Positions 9,109 through 18,847 are shown, counted from the first letter of the stretch. The stretch is DNA of 64,000 nucleotides from an uncultured delta proteobacterium (GCA_963712115.1 CAVQGX010000031.1:224001-288000); one strand, 5' to 3'. Numbers and translations: made by a program. The notes: generated by a model not told the origin, from the sequence alone.

Positions 9109-10515
9109 CTAACTCTTTTCTTGATATTTTTTGCAACTCTCAACAAAATTAGCGGCCATCTCCGGGTTACTACCGAAATGAAAATGAATGTAGCCCGCCA
9201 GGGTATTGTAGGCCATAAAACCATCTGGCCCTACTTCCATTCCCTTGCGGTTACTAACTTGGTAAAGGTCAGCACTTTCCACAGTTCCATTGATCAGTTC
9301 AGAGTAATGAAACTCATGGCCTCTGGCCCTGAGCCCCTTTGGCCCCAGCAAGCTATCCTTCTTGAGAACTACTTCGCGGTAACCAAGAGCCTTTCGGTGA
9401 GAGAGCATCCGGGTTCTGAATGGGTAAAGACCAACCATGGGATAATCTCTCTGCTCTACCTCAATTGAACGGGTAAGGTACATAAAACCGCCACACTCTG
9501 CGAATATTGGCATTCCTCCTTGCGCTGCCGCCAGAACCTCGATTTTTAGACTATGATTCTCCCCGAGCTCTCGGGCAAAAAGCTCAGGGTATCCTCCCCC
9601 CAGGTATAGACCCGATAAATCAGGGGGTAGTTGCGAATCCCGAACCGGAGAAAAAAAACAAAGATCCGCCCCGAAATGAGCCAGGAGGTCCAGATTATCC
9701 TGGTAATAGAAACAGAAAGCCTCATCCCGTGCCACTCCGAGCCTTAACCCGGATTGGCTGGCCTTGGGTAGAGGTATTTTTTTACTGTTCACCCAACAGG
9801 TGGGCAATCCATATAGTTTGTCTAGCTCAAGGTTTTCTTCCACCAGCGAAGCCAACTTGTCAAAGAGATCAATAGGATAGGGATCTTCATCCGAAGTTAT
9901 CAGCCCAAGATGCCGTTCTGGTATGGTTATTTCTTCAGTCCGCGGCAGCCCTCCTAGAAAGGCAATATTAGGAATCGACTCCATTGCCTCAGCCAGAAAT
10001 CGAGCGTGGGTCTGGCTTCCCACTCTGTTTGCTATCACCCCTTCCAGTGGCAAGTCAGGGTCGAAGGTCCGGAAACCATGAACCAGGGCGGCAATACTCC
10101 TCGCCATACTACTTGCATCCACAACCAGGATTACCGGACAATTAAGCCATTTGGCCATCTGGGCGGTGGATCCTGATTCAGAGCGCCCATCATACCCATC
10201 AAATAGCCCCATTACCCCTTCCACTATACCTAAATCCTTCCCGCACATGGATTGGGAGAAGGTCGCCAAGTTGTATTCCTTGGGGAGCATCCAGCCATCT
10301 AGGTTGCGGCTTGCCGTGCCTAGCAATCTGCTGTGGTGACCTGGATCAATAAAATCAGGCCCCACCTTGAATCCCTGTACCTTGAGTCCTCTTCTCTTAA
10401 ATGCGGCCATTAAACCAAGGGAAATGGTGGTTTTGCCCACTCCGGAGTGGCTTCCGGCAACCACCAGACACCTGGGACCCGGCTTTGTTCCAAGGCTTTT
10501 GTTGGCTCCAACCAT
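9109..10515 (-). CDS. cbiA: Cobyrinate a,c-diamide synthase (CbiA/CobB)
   Basis: SGVGKTT, FKVGPDFIDP, EGVMGLFDG, ERHLGL, GGGYPE, AECGGFMYL, GHEFHYS. Confidence 0.95.
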   Translation of the reverse strand: MVGANKSLGTKPGPRCLVVAGSHSGVGKTTISLGLMAAFKRRGLKVQGFKVGPDFIDPGHHSRLLGTASRNLDGWMLPKEYNLATFSQSMCGKDLGIVEGVMGLFDGYDGRSESGSTAQMAKWLNCPVILVVDASSMARSIAALVHGFRTFDPDLPLEGVIANRVGSQTHARFLAEAMESIPNIAFLGGLPRTEEITIPERHLGLITSDEDPYPIDLFDKLASLVEENLELDKLYGLPTCWVNSKKIPLPKASQSGLRLGVARDEAFCFYYQDNLDLLAHFGADLCFFSPVRDSQLPPDLSGLYLGGGYPELFARELGENHSLKIEVLAAAQGGMPIFAECGGFMYLTRSIEVEQRDYPMVGLYPFRTRMLSHRKALGYREVVLKKDSLLGPKGLRARGHEFHYSELINGTVESADLYQVSNRKGMEVGPDGFMAYNTLAGYIHFHFGSNPEMAANFVESCKKYQEKS

Positions 10516-10656
10516 TATGGGTTCCGTAGAAAGGGTTTTCCTGTTTAATCTCTCGGAAAGTCTACAATGTATTTAGTTAAAAGGGTTAAATCAAGTTTTA
10601 CTTTCTGAATTATTCCTTCTTTTACCCTGGGCTCTACCCGCTCTGCGGTTTTCTCT

Positions 10657-11177
10657 AGGAGTTTTCCAAGAAATATTTTTCTGACATTGGCCACGGGAAG
10701 GCTACTCCACAACGATCATATTCGCACCATCTATTGGCAGAGTCCCTGTTGAGGGAGCACCACATCTTCATGCAGGCCCTCTCAAAGCTGAGATTGGTAA
10801 AGATAGGTTGCTCAGATGCTCGTTGTTTCGCAGCTTCCCCTTTTGGCTTTGGCTGATGTCTCTTCTGAGTGACTGCGGAAGGTCTGTGCCACTTCCCCGG
10901 CTGTGGCTGGGGGAGCCCCTGGTCCGCCGAAGGCGGAAACAGGGAGGGGGCGCCCTGCCCGCCATGCGAGCAAGGCGAGGCGGGCGGGCTTCCCCCGGCC
11001 ACAGCCGGGCTAGAAGTGACCAGACCGTGAGCCCTGGCCTCCGGCCCATAAGGGGCACGCCCCGGTGGGAACGACAGAAGAGACATCAGTAAAGGCACTT
11101 TCATTTGCACACTAATATGAACTAGCCGTTAAATGCTGGTTAGAAGAATGATCCACTCATTTTTTGGGAAAACTCCT
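10657..11177. repeat. Structured non-coding element (MITE-like) with nested long stems
   Basis: Outer IR AGGAGTTTTCC (10657-10667 / 11167-11177); perfect 15-bp IR 10853-10867 / 11075-11089; inner ~23-bp stem 10896-10918 / 10986-11009. Confidence 0.6.
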
Positions 11178-11260
11178 GGGTTTTCTCAGGTTGCAACCTA
11201 GCATGAGTTTTGCTACAAAGGTTTAAACTGTGAGGCGGAAGTGCAGCTCCCTATTTGAGG

Positions 11261-12262
11261 ATGTTCCAGCTCATGAAGAACCTATTCAGTTTTGTTGGGC
11301 CACGCCGAATTACAGTACTGCTCATATTTCTGGCAACCACCTATGTGCAAGCCGAATCTGTTTCGGTCATCACTGTAAAGGTGAGACCGGGTGACACCAT
11401 CAGCTACCTGGCACTCAAACATCTCCACACCTACGACCAAGACATATTAGATCAAATCAAAGAGCTTAACCCCCAGATCAGTGATCTTAACCGCATTCAG
11501 GTCGGTCAAGCCGTGCATCTCCCTAAACCCGGCGAAGAACCAGCACTGCCGACTGCTCCTGCACCGTTAGTCGAAAGCAAGAGGATAGCCGCTGTAGCTT
11601 CTCGCGCAGTAGCCACCCTAGTGGAAGGTGAGGTGCAGATGATGGCAGGGGGAGACAATACCTGGCTAAAGCTCAGCCCAAATGCAATCCTCAAAGGGGG
11701 AGACAAGGTCCGGGTTCTCGACAACGGGCGGCTAGAGATGGTCTTGGACAACCGTAGTGTCCTCCGGCTGGCGTCCAATACTACTTTGGAGTTAAAAGAG
11801 GTTGAACGGAAGCCTGAAAAAGAGACCTACCGTTTCGCCCTCTCTCTTGGCAAGATGTGGACACGAGTTACTCGACTGCTGGGCTTTGGCTCCAAATATC
11901 AAGTGGATACCCCCACTGCCATTACCGCTGTGCAAGGAACAGTGTACGATCTACAAGTCGATCCCAACCAGCAAACGCGGGTGCGTGTTCATTCCGGCAA
12001 TGTCCAGGTCTACAACCCATTCGCAGGCGATCTAGCACCGGGAGAAAAGGTCCCAAAGTTGCAGGAGCCTACTCGCGTCCCTGGTCCAACCAGGATATCC
12101 CGTGAGGCCTGGGAACAATTGCTGCTCCAGCAGTACCAGCAGGTGACCCTTGGCCGGGAAGGAAGAAGTACTATTTCCGCTTTCGATCTTGATAAGGCAA
12201 GGAAGGAGGCGTGGGTTCGCTGGAATGAAGCGCGCGACAAAGACTTCTATGGCGAGATATGA
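11261..12262 (+). CDS. Exported LysM + FecR-domain protein
   Basis: Signal peptide; LysM (VRPGDTISYLA...LNPQISDLNRIQVGQAVHLP); FecR-like (GDKVRV...VLRLASNT, VDTPTAITAVQGTVY); start may be 11273. Confidence 0.85.
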   Translation: MFQLMKNLFSFVGPRRITVLLIFLATTYVQAESVSVITVKVRPGDTISYLALKHLHTYDQDILDQIKELNPQISDLNRIQVGQAVHLPKPGEEPALPTAPAPLVESKRIAAVASRAVATLVEGEVQMMAGGDNTWLKLSPNAILKGGDKVRVLDNGRLEMVLDNRSVLRLASNTTLELKEVERKPEKETYRFALSLGKMWTRVTRLLGFGSKYQVDTPTAITAVQGTVYDLQVDPNQQTRVRVHSGNVQVYNPFAGDLAPGEKVPKLQEPTRVPGPTRISREAWEQLLLQQYQQVTLGREGRSTISAFDLDKARKEAWVRWNEARDKDFYGEI

Positions 12263-14481
12263 GTTATAGAAAATTACTGATAATCACTATTGGGGTCTTC
12301 TTTATTTTCGCCTTTTGTCATGTCGCCTCATTTGGTCCTCTCGAAAACACTCACCTGAAAATCCGCGACCTCTTTTTTCGGCTTAGGGGTCCAGTACCGA
12401 CTAATCCCCAAATTGCCATAGTCGCCATCGACGACCAGAGCATTGCCCATTACGGGCGCTGGCCCTGGCCACGGGCACGGATTGGCGCCTTGATTCACAG
12501 ACTCACCGAGGCCAACGCCCGGACCATAGGGATAGATATCTCCTTCCTACCCTCGCAGTCGGAGGCAAAACCCGTAGCTCCCGATGAGGAACTCACCCCC
12601 CTTTTGGGATGGCTAAATCTCGACAACAGCCAGGAACCTTTATACTCTAATGACCAGCTCCTTGCCTTGGCTATCAAGAAAGCGGGCAATGTGGTTCTCC
12701 CCTTCTATTTTGAATTCAAAGACACCACTCGGGAAGGAAACCTTACGATACCTGAGTCTCTGTCCCACTCCGCCTACCTTTTGTTTGATGACCTTAGCAG
12801 ATTGCCTTCACTGCCATTACTTCGGGGTAGCAGTGTCTTCCCGCCAACTCCGGTTTTGGCCGAGGCCGCAGCCGCAATCGGGTGCGTCAACGCCTATCTG
12901 GACAGGGACGGCGTCCTGCGGAACGACCCTGCCATTATCTTTTACCGAGATCAATACTTCCCCTCCATGGGTATACAACTGACCCGTTTGTATCTGGGTC
13001 TCAGCTGGGCAGAGGTTAAGGTTAATAGCAATGAAAGCATAGTGCTTGGCAACCACGTGGTTCCCATTGACAATCGGGGCTTTGTCGGTCTCAACTACAG
13101 TGGCGGCAGAGAAAGTTTTCCCTACATCTCCTTTAGAAATGTCATGGAAGGGAAAATAAAGCCCGAATTGCTGAGAGACAAACTCGTCCTTGTGGGAGTG
13201 GTTGCGGCGGGGCTGCATGATTTGTGGCCCACCCCCTTTGGCCCAGGATATCCTGGGGTGGAAAAGCATGCCACAGTGGTGGCCAACATATTGGACGACC
13301 GCTTTATTGCCCGGTCGGATTTAAGTGGCATCGGAGAAGTGGCATTCATGCTCCTTAGCGCTCTAGCCCTTGTTGCAGTCGCGGGCAGTCGTCGCTCTTG
13401 GCTGCTCTGGTTGAGTTGCTTTCTTTTCCTGGGATTAACAATAGCTGGATCTTATTGGGGTTCAACCGTTCACAACCTCTGGTTTAAGCCCCTTTTCCCA
13501 GCCCTTCTGATCCTTTCCCTCAGCCTATTGATCCAGGTAGTGAGATTGCCCTCGCCTATAACCGCACCCGAAGCGGTTAAGGAAACCCGTCTTCAGCCGG
13601 TGGAGACTATGGTTGGAGAGACTTCCGAAGTCCCCGCTGAAGGGGAAATCTCTAGTGTTGGTCGATATGAGATTGAATCCGAGTTGGGTCATGGCGCCAT
13701 GGGAGTGGTCTACAAGGCCGTTGATCCAAAGATCGGCAGGTCCGTAGCCATCAAGACAATTAGATTGGACCAGACTCTCGGAGCCAGGCAACTCGCGGAT
13801 TTGAAAGAAAGGTCATTGAGAGAGGCCCAGGTCGCCGGTCAACTCTCACATCCTGGCATTGTCACAATATATGATGTGGTTGAAAAAGGTGGCCACCTTT
13901 ACATCGCCATGGAATTTATTGAGGGACAAGAACTCAGCCACTTCTGCACAGAACAGACCCTGCTCAAGCCTAAACAGGTAGCCACCATAATTGGGCATAT
14001 CTGCCATGCCCTCGATTACGCCCACAAGGCGGGCGTCGTCCACCGCGACATCAAGCCCAGTAATATTATGCTGCCTAAAGACGGTCGCCCCAAAATAATG
14101 GATTTTGGCATTACAAAGGTAGTCACATCTGATGCCACTCAAACGGCAGCCATGATTGGTACACCAAGCTACATGTCGCCAGAGCAAATCGACCTCGAGA
14201 AGGTGGACGGACGCTCGGACCTGTTTTCAGTAGGAGCCATGTTCTATGAACTTCTCTGCGGCCAACGCCCCTTTACAGGGCCCAACATCACTGCCATTCT
14301 CAAAAAAATCGCCACCGAGGACCCTCCTCCTTTAGATAAAATAAACCCTCAGATCCATCCAAAGCTGGGAGCAGTTGTTTCGAGACTTCTGGCCAAAGAT
14401 CCGAAAGACCGCTTCCAAAGCGGTGGTGAAGTGGTCTCAGTTCTCAAGAGCCTCCTGGAAGATCCCTCGATTTGGGAATAA
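12259..14481 (+). CDS. CHASE2-domain membrane sensor with Hanks-type Ser/Thr kinase
   Basis: IAIVAIDDQSIAHYGRWPWPR, DRDGVLR, PGVEKHA (CHASE2); 3 TM; GHGAMGVVY, VAIK, HRDIKPSN, DFG, GTPSYMSPE; ATGA overlap with upstream gene. Confidence 0.92.
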   Translation: MSYRKLLIITIGVFFIFAFCHVASFGPLENTHLKIRDLFFRLRGPVPTNPQIAIVAIDDQSIAHYGRWPWPRARIGALIHRLTEANARTIGIDISFLPSQSEAKPVAPDEELTPLLGWLNLDNSQEPLYSNDQLLALAIKKAGNVVLPFYFEFKDTTREGNLTIPESLSHSAYLLFDDLSRLPSLPLLRGSSVFPPTPVLAEAAAAIGCVNAYLDRDGVLRNDPAIIFYRDQYFPSMGIQLTRLYLGLSWAEVKVNSNESIVLGNHVVPIDNRGFVGLNYSGGRESFPYISFRNVMEGKIKPELLRDKLVLVGVVAAGLHDLWPTPFGPGYPGVEKHATVVANILDDRFIARSDLSGIGEVAFMLLSALALVAVAGSRRSWLLWLSCFLFLGLTIAGSYWGSTVHNLWFKPLFPALLILSLSLLIQVVRLPSPITAPEAVKETRLQPVETMVGETSEVPAEGEISSVGRYEIESELGHGAMGVVYKAVDPKIGRSVAIKTIRLDQTLGARQLADLKERSLREAQVAGQLSHPGIVTIYDVVEKGGHLYIAMEFIEGQELSHFCTEQTLLKPKQVATIIGHICHALDYAHKAGVVHRDIKPSNIMLPKDGRPKIMDFGITKVVTSDATQTAAMIGTPSYMSPEQIDLEKVDGRSDLFSVGAMFYELLCGQRPFTGPNITAILKKIATEDPPPLDKINPQIHPKLGAVVSRLLAKDPKDRFQSGGEVVSVLKSLLEDPSIWE

Positions 14482-14489
14482 AGGAATAA

Positions 14490-14737
14490 GTCACTGGGTC
14501 ATTTGGCCACTGAAAGTGGCCGTCACTATGCTTCGCGTCATTCGGCTCCGCCGTCACTACGCTACGCTGTCAATATGCCTGCGGCGTCATTTGTGGTCAT
14601 TAGGTCATTACGCTGCGCTGTCATTCACAGTTAACTGTCATGGGGGCGTTGAAACAACTTAATGACAGCCGCAAGGCGTAATGACGGGCGCCAGCCCAAG
14701 TGACAACGAAGCGCTCAGGCGCGAAGTGTAATGACTT
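14490..14737. repeat. GTCA/TGAC modular hairpin array, copy 1
   Basis: Series of GTCA(T/C/A) units each followed by a short hairpin, then TGAC units; reverse complement resembles 24820-25017. Confidence 0.8.
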
Positions 14738-14866
14738 TTGGGTACCTAATTAGCCCGTTTGCTCCTAAGCCTATGGCGACTCGAATGACATATCCAGTGC
14801 GGAAATGGTGCAATTAACTCGGTAGGTTAACCTTACTCTCTTTTCTGATCAGGATATGGTAAGCCT

Positions 14867-15295
14867 TTAAACGATACAGGGGGGAAGATTGCGAATGTCG
14901 CTAAGTATTTGAAGTATTCCCTCCCTGCGGACAAAGTCATCATCGTAGAGTTTGGTCAAAGAGTAATCCTGGATAAGGCTAAGGTAGGGCTCAGCGAGAC
15001 CGACAAACCTGATGCCTGTTCCCTGCGAGAGGTTGGTTTGAGCTTTATGGGGGCGGCTCCAAACTGATTCACCTTGAACCTGAATTGAGTTCAGGGTTTC
15101 GGGCATCAGGAATTCCAAGTTCACCTTTACCTGTGCGCCAATAGGCTCTGCCGTGGTAATAAAAATCCCACCGGTGCTCATATTGACAGCTCTCCCCATA
15201 ACCATTGGGGAGCCCCTCAATTCACACCTAACGGCGAAATCCACTGGAATCCGAAGTCCTGCTCTCTTACTCCGTCCTATATCGCATAAATGCAT
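14867..15295 (-). CDS. PilZ-domain (c-di-GMP-binding) protein
   Basis: RAGLR (RxxxR) and NMSTGG (D/NxSxxG) motifs; GESVW...GTGIRF. Confidence 0.85.
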   Translation of the reverse strand: MHLCDIGRSKRAGLRIPVDFAVRCELRGSPMVMGRAVNMSTGGIFITTAEPIGAQVKVNLEFLMPETLNSIQVQGESVWSRPHKAQTNLSQGTGIRFVGLAEPYLSLIQDYSLTKLYDDDFVRREGILQILSDIRNLPPCIV

Positions 15296-15343
15296 AGCTC
15301 ACGCGCCCCGATATTTTTAGACCACAAAGGCGAGTTAAACATT

Positions 15344-15360
15344 TGCAAGAGAAGTACCAA
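15344..15360 (-). promoter_or_regulatory. Sigma54 -24/-12 promoter of the PilZ gene
   Basis: Minus strand TTGGTAC-TTCTC-TTGCA; perfect 14-bp inverted repeat about 100 bp upstream (15448-15479). Confidence 0.7.
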
Positions 15361-15566
15361 GGAAGACAGCTAATTATTTAAATAAATAAACTTAACATAG
15401 TCAGTATGTTAAGATTTTTAACGAGATTTAGCCCTAAATAGATTTAGCCATCTAGCCAAAAGCTATTTGGCTAGATGGCCAACTTTTTTGCCTTAGGGCC
15501 AAATTCAGGAGGGAGCACACAATCCAGGCCTGTGGAGAATCCCGCCCTGCCCGGGGGAACATGGCA

Positions 15567-15673
15567 AAATATCAAATCTCAAGCACCAAACTACAAACAA
15601 ATCTCAAATTCCAATATCAAATGACCGAAACAGGTTTGGAATTTTGAATTTCGGTCATTGTGATTTGGTATTT
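15567..15673. repeat. Imperfect palindrome with 7-bp periodic arms
   Basis: AAATATCAAATCTCAAGCACCAAA ... TTTCGGTCATTGTGATTTGGTATTT at the radA 3' end. Confidence 0.7.
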
Positions 15674-15680
15674 CTATCTC

Positions 15681-17039
15681 TTAAAAAAGGACGTCAAGGA
15701 CACCTTGAACTGATTGGACTCCGATGATCTGAATGGACTTAATTGCTCTCAGCCGTTCTGCGTTGCTTTGCGGCAGTAAACAGCGGCGAAACCCTAGCTT
15801 TTCCGCCTCTTTAACCCTAATGTCCGTCCGGCTAACCGCCCTGACCTCGCCTGTGAGGCCAACCTCCCCCAAAAGAACGGTATGAGGATCCACAGGTTTA
15901 TCCAGGAAGCTAGAAGCTACCGCAGTGGCAATTGCCAGGTCCACAGCAGGTTCATCAATCCGGACACCCCCCACTGCATTGACAAATATGTCCTGATGTA
16001 GCATGGAAAGACCAACTTTCTTCTCCAAGACCGCCACCAGCAAGGCCAAGCGATTGTGATCTATACCCATTGATGTTCTTCGTGGCACTGCCAGGCTTGA
16101 TGGGCTCGTTAGTGCCTGCACCTCAACCAGGATGGGTCTGGTACCCTCCATTGCCGCCGTTACCGTAGATCCTGGCGTATCCAGGGGCCGTTCGGCCAGG
16201 AGAAGTTCTGAAGGATTGGCCACTTCCTGAAGGCCGCTGTCCTTCATCTCGAAGACTCCGATCTCGTTGGTGGAGCCATATCTATTTTTTGTGGCTCGGA
16301 GAATACGGAAGGCATGCCCGCGATCTCCCTCAAAGTAAAGCACCGTGTCCACCATGTGCTCCAAAACCTTGGGTCCTGCAATTGCACCCTCCTTGGTCAC
16401 ATGTCCGACGAGAAAGGTTGGGCGCCCTTTCCTTTTTCCTTCCTGTATGAGACGGTCAGCACAGTGCCTCACCTGACTAACACTGCCCGGGGCTGACTCC
16501 AGTTGGGTGGTGTAAACTGTTTGGATGGAATCTACTGCTAAAACAGCCGGGCTGAGCTCATCACTGAGACGCAATATATTTTCCAGAGCTGATTCGGCCG
16601 CCACATACAGATGTGACGAGGTCAACCCCAATCGCTGTGACCGCATTTTTATCTGCACATTGGACTCTTCCCCGGATACGTAGAGAATAGACCGCTCAGA
16701 TGCAGTAAGGCCATGGAGTGCCTGGAGCAATATCGTAGACTTACCTATGCCAGGGTCACCGCCTATCAAAACAGCCGAACCGGGCACCACTCCACCGCCT
16801 AGAACGCGGTCCAGTTCGGCTATCTTTGAGGAAATTCTTCGGCTTTCCTCCAATCCCACCCTATCGATAGGTTGCGGGATGGCCGGTGGCGGCAGGTCCT
16901 TAACCCCTGGAGTCAGAATGGTTTCCTCCACCAAGGTATTCCACTGCCCGCACCCAGGACATCGCCCTAACCACTTAGGGCTCTGGAAGCCACACTGTTG
17001 ACAAATATGCTGACTTTTTACCTTACTTTCGCGGGCCAT
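15681..17039 (-). CDS. radA: DNA repair protein RadA/Sms
   Basis: C4 zinc finger CQQCG...CPGC, GDPGIGKST, KNRYG motif; start trimmed to ATG 17039. Confidence 0.97.
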   Translation of the reverse strand: MARESKVKSQHICQQCGFQSPKWLGRCPGCGQWNTLVEETILTPGVKDLPPPAIPQPIDRVGLEESRRISSKIAELDRVLGGGVVPGSAVLIGGDPGIGKSTILLQALHGLTASERSILYVSGEESNVQIKMRSQRLGLTSSHLYVAAESALENILRLSDELSPAVLAVDSIQTVYTTQLESAPGSVSQVRHCADRLIQEGKRKGRPTFLVGHVTKEGAIAGPKVLEHMVDTVLYFEGDRGHAFRILRATKNRYGSTNEIGVFEMKDSGLQEVANPSELLLAERPLDTPGSTVTAAMEGTRPILVEVQALTSPSSLAVPRRTSMGIDHNRLALLVAVLEKKVGLSMLHQDIFVNAVGGVRIDEPAVDLAIATAVASSFLDKPVDPHTVLLGEVGLTGEVRAVSRTDIRVKEAEKLGFRRCLLPQSNAERLRAIKSIQIIGVQSVQGVLDVLF

Positions 17040-17627
17040 ATGCTCACAGCCTATCAAAGAGTTTGCCCTCAAGTTTGGCCGGAACACTCTATGATGTCAA
17101 GGCATTGTTTAACGATGTTAGTTGTTCCGCCGAAGGCGGATCTGTCGTCCGTTGCAAAGCGCATAGAGCATAGCGGATTAATCAGCAGGCAGCGGCCAAC
17201 TGGCAGCCCCGCGACAAGCTCGGGACAGGCTGGCAGGAAGAAAATATCCAGTATACAGAATCATTGCTGCATGCCCTATGCCCTGCGCCAAGTTAACGTT
17301 GACAAACAATTATCTCTATGTTTAAATTCGAGACTTCAGTGGCCCGGAGCTTTGAAACCCGGGTTATGATTACTTATTTTTGCCCCATTTCTAAAGCACC
17401 AAGTTAACGGAATAGATGGATACACCCTTCGGCTGATAAACAACATGCTAGCTGCGAGGGTAGATATATCCGGTATTGGCTGAATAGCTAATAGCTTACC
17501 GTCGCAACCAGCACAGGATGAGGGGAAATCACCATAACCTGGGCTTTTCAGAATAAGCGGAGGCGACCATCGCAAGGTAATCGGCCCTGAAAAAGGCCAA
17601 TCCCCATTTCAACCAGGAAGGAGTCCG

Positions 17628-17960
17628 ATGATGGCGGAAAAAAACATCATTGAAGTTAGTGACGATACTTTTGAAAAAGAAGTACTGCAGTCAGACACGC
17701 CCGTTCTAGTTGATTTCTGGGCCCCGTGGTGCGGGCCTTGTCGAGCCATCGCTCCTGTAGTTGCTGAACTAGCAACTGAGTATGAAGGTAGCCTGAAAGT
17801 GAGCAAATGTAATGTGGATGAAAGCCCGAAGACTCCATCCCAGTATGGCATTAGGGCCATTCCTACCTTGATCATCTTTAAAGAAGGGAAGGTTTCCGAG
17901 CAGATAACTGGAGCGGTTTCCAAGTCTCAAATCGATGCCGCCATCAAGAAGGTCATCTAG
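17628..17960 (+). CDS. trxA: Thioredoxin
   Basis: VDFWAPWCGPC active site; GGAG RBS. Confidence 0.97.
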   Translation: MMAEKNIIEVSDDTFEKEVLQSDTPVLVDFWAPWCGPCRAIAPVVAELATEYEGSLKVSKCNVDESPKTPSQYGIRAIPTLIIFKEGKVSEQITGAVSKSQIDAAIKKVI

Positions 17961-18106
17961 CCGGTCGCAGACCGTTCTACCATGATCGGTCTCAGTCAGG
18001 TTGGAACTTGTCCCAGTAGAGAACAGTCAAGTTTAATTGATCACAATGAGGCCGAGTCCCGAGCAGAATATTATCGGGATAAGGCCTTTTCCGTTGAAAT
18101 AGGAAC

Positions 18107-18847
18107 GTGGATCAAATAACACGCCAAACTCAATTCGCAAGGGGGAACCGGAAACCTGCCTTAATTGCCTTTGCCCTTATTTTTCTATGGCTGGCAGTGG
18201 GGGCCGCTGGGTGTGCCTGTCTCACGGGCAGTAAGCAGGTTGAGAGCGCCGAAGAACTGGCTGAAAAGGGAATGGAATCTTTTGAGGAGGAGGACTATAG
18301 CGATGCCCTGAAAGCCTTCAATACCCTGAAAGAGCGTTACCCCTACAGCCGGTACGCGATTCTCGCCGAACTCAAGGTTGCTGACGCCCATTTTTATCGT
18401 GAGGAGTTCCCCGAAGCCATAGGTGCCTATGAAGACTTCGTTCAGCTGCATCCCAAAAACGAGGCTATTCCTTACGTAAAGTATCAGATCGGCGTCTGTT
18501 ATTATGAACAAATGTTAAGCATAGATCGAGACCAAACGCCGACTCGGCTGGCCATCCTCTCTTTTGAAAGGCTCCTAAAAGAGCATTACGATTCAGCTTA
18601 CGCTAGCGAGGCAACAAAAAGAATTAATTATTGCCGCAAGCTCTTGGCAGAGCACGAGTTATATGTTGGACGTTTCTACTATAAGTCCGAACACTATAGC
18701 GCGGCACTGGGTCGCTTCGAAGGTGTTCTGACGGGCTACATGGATGTATTACCCCCCAACACTCAGAGAGAAGTAGAGAGACTGATAATATCCTGCAAGG
18801 CAAAACTCTCGGATCGTATTGGAGACGAGGCTGATGACAATAACTGA
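18107..18847 (+). CDS. bamD: Outer membrane protein assembly lipoprotein BamD
   Basis: Lipobox AAGC; YPYSRYAILAELKVADAHF, DRDQTPTR, LAEHELYVGRFY. Confidence 0.9.
   Translation: MDQITRQTQFARGNRKPALIAFALIFLWLAVGAAGCACLTGSKQVESAEELAEKGMESFEEEDYSDALKAFNTLKERYPYSRYAILAELKVADAHFYREEFPEAIGAYEDFVQLHPKNEAIPYVKYQIGVCYYEQMLSIDRDQTPTRLAILSFERLLKEHYDSAYASEATKRINYCRKLLAEHELYVGRFYYKSEHYSAALGRFEGVLTGYMDVLPPNTQREVERLIISCKAKLSDRIGDEADDNN

Noticed and set aside
10655-11110. 151-aa ORF and overlapping ORFs
   Set aside because: They run through GC-rich palindromic DNA, with Pro/Gly/Arg-biased sequence and no motif
11199-11214. Sigma54 promoter for the LysM-FecR gene (TAGCAT-N5-TTGCT)
   Set aside because: Lacks the invariant GG at -24; a sigma70-like TTGCAA-17-TACAAA fits the same spot
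10516-11250. Cobalamin riboswitch upstream of cbiA
   Set aside because: No convincing combination of AGGGAA, GCCACTG and the B12 box (AGYCAGRAGACC) in the right order on the minus strand
14490-14737. CRISPR array
   Set aside because: The constant part is only 4-5 nt, spacers are short hairpins shared between loci, orientation flips mid-array, and there are no cas genes
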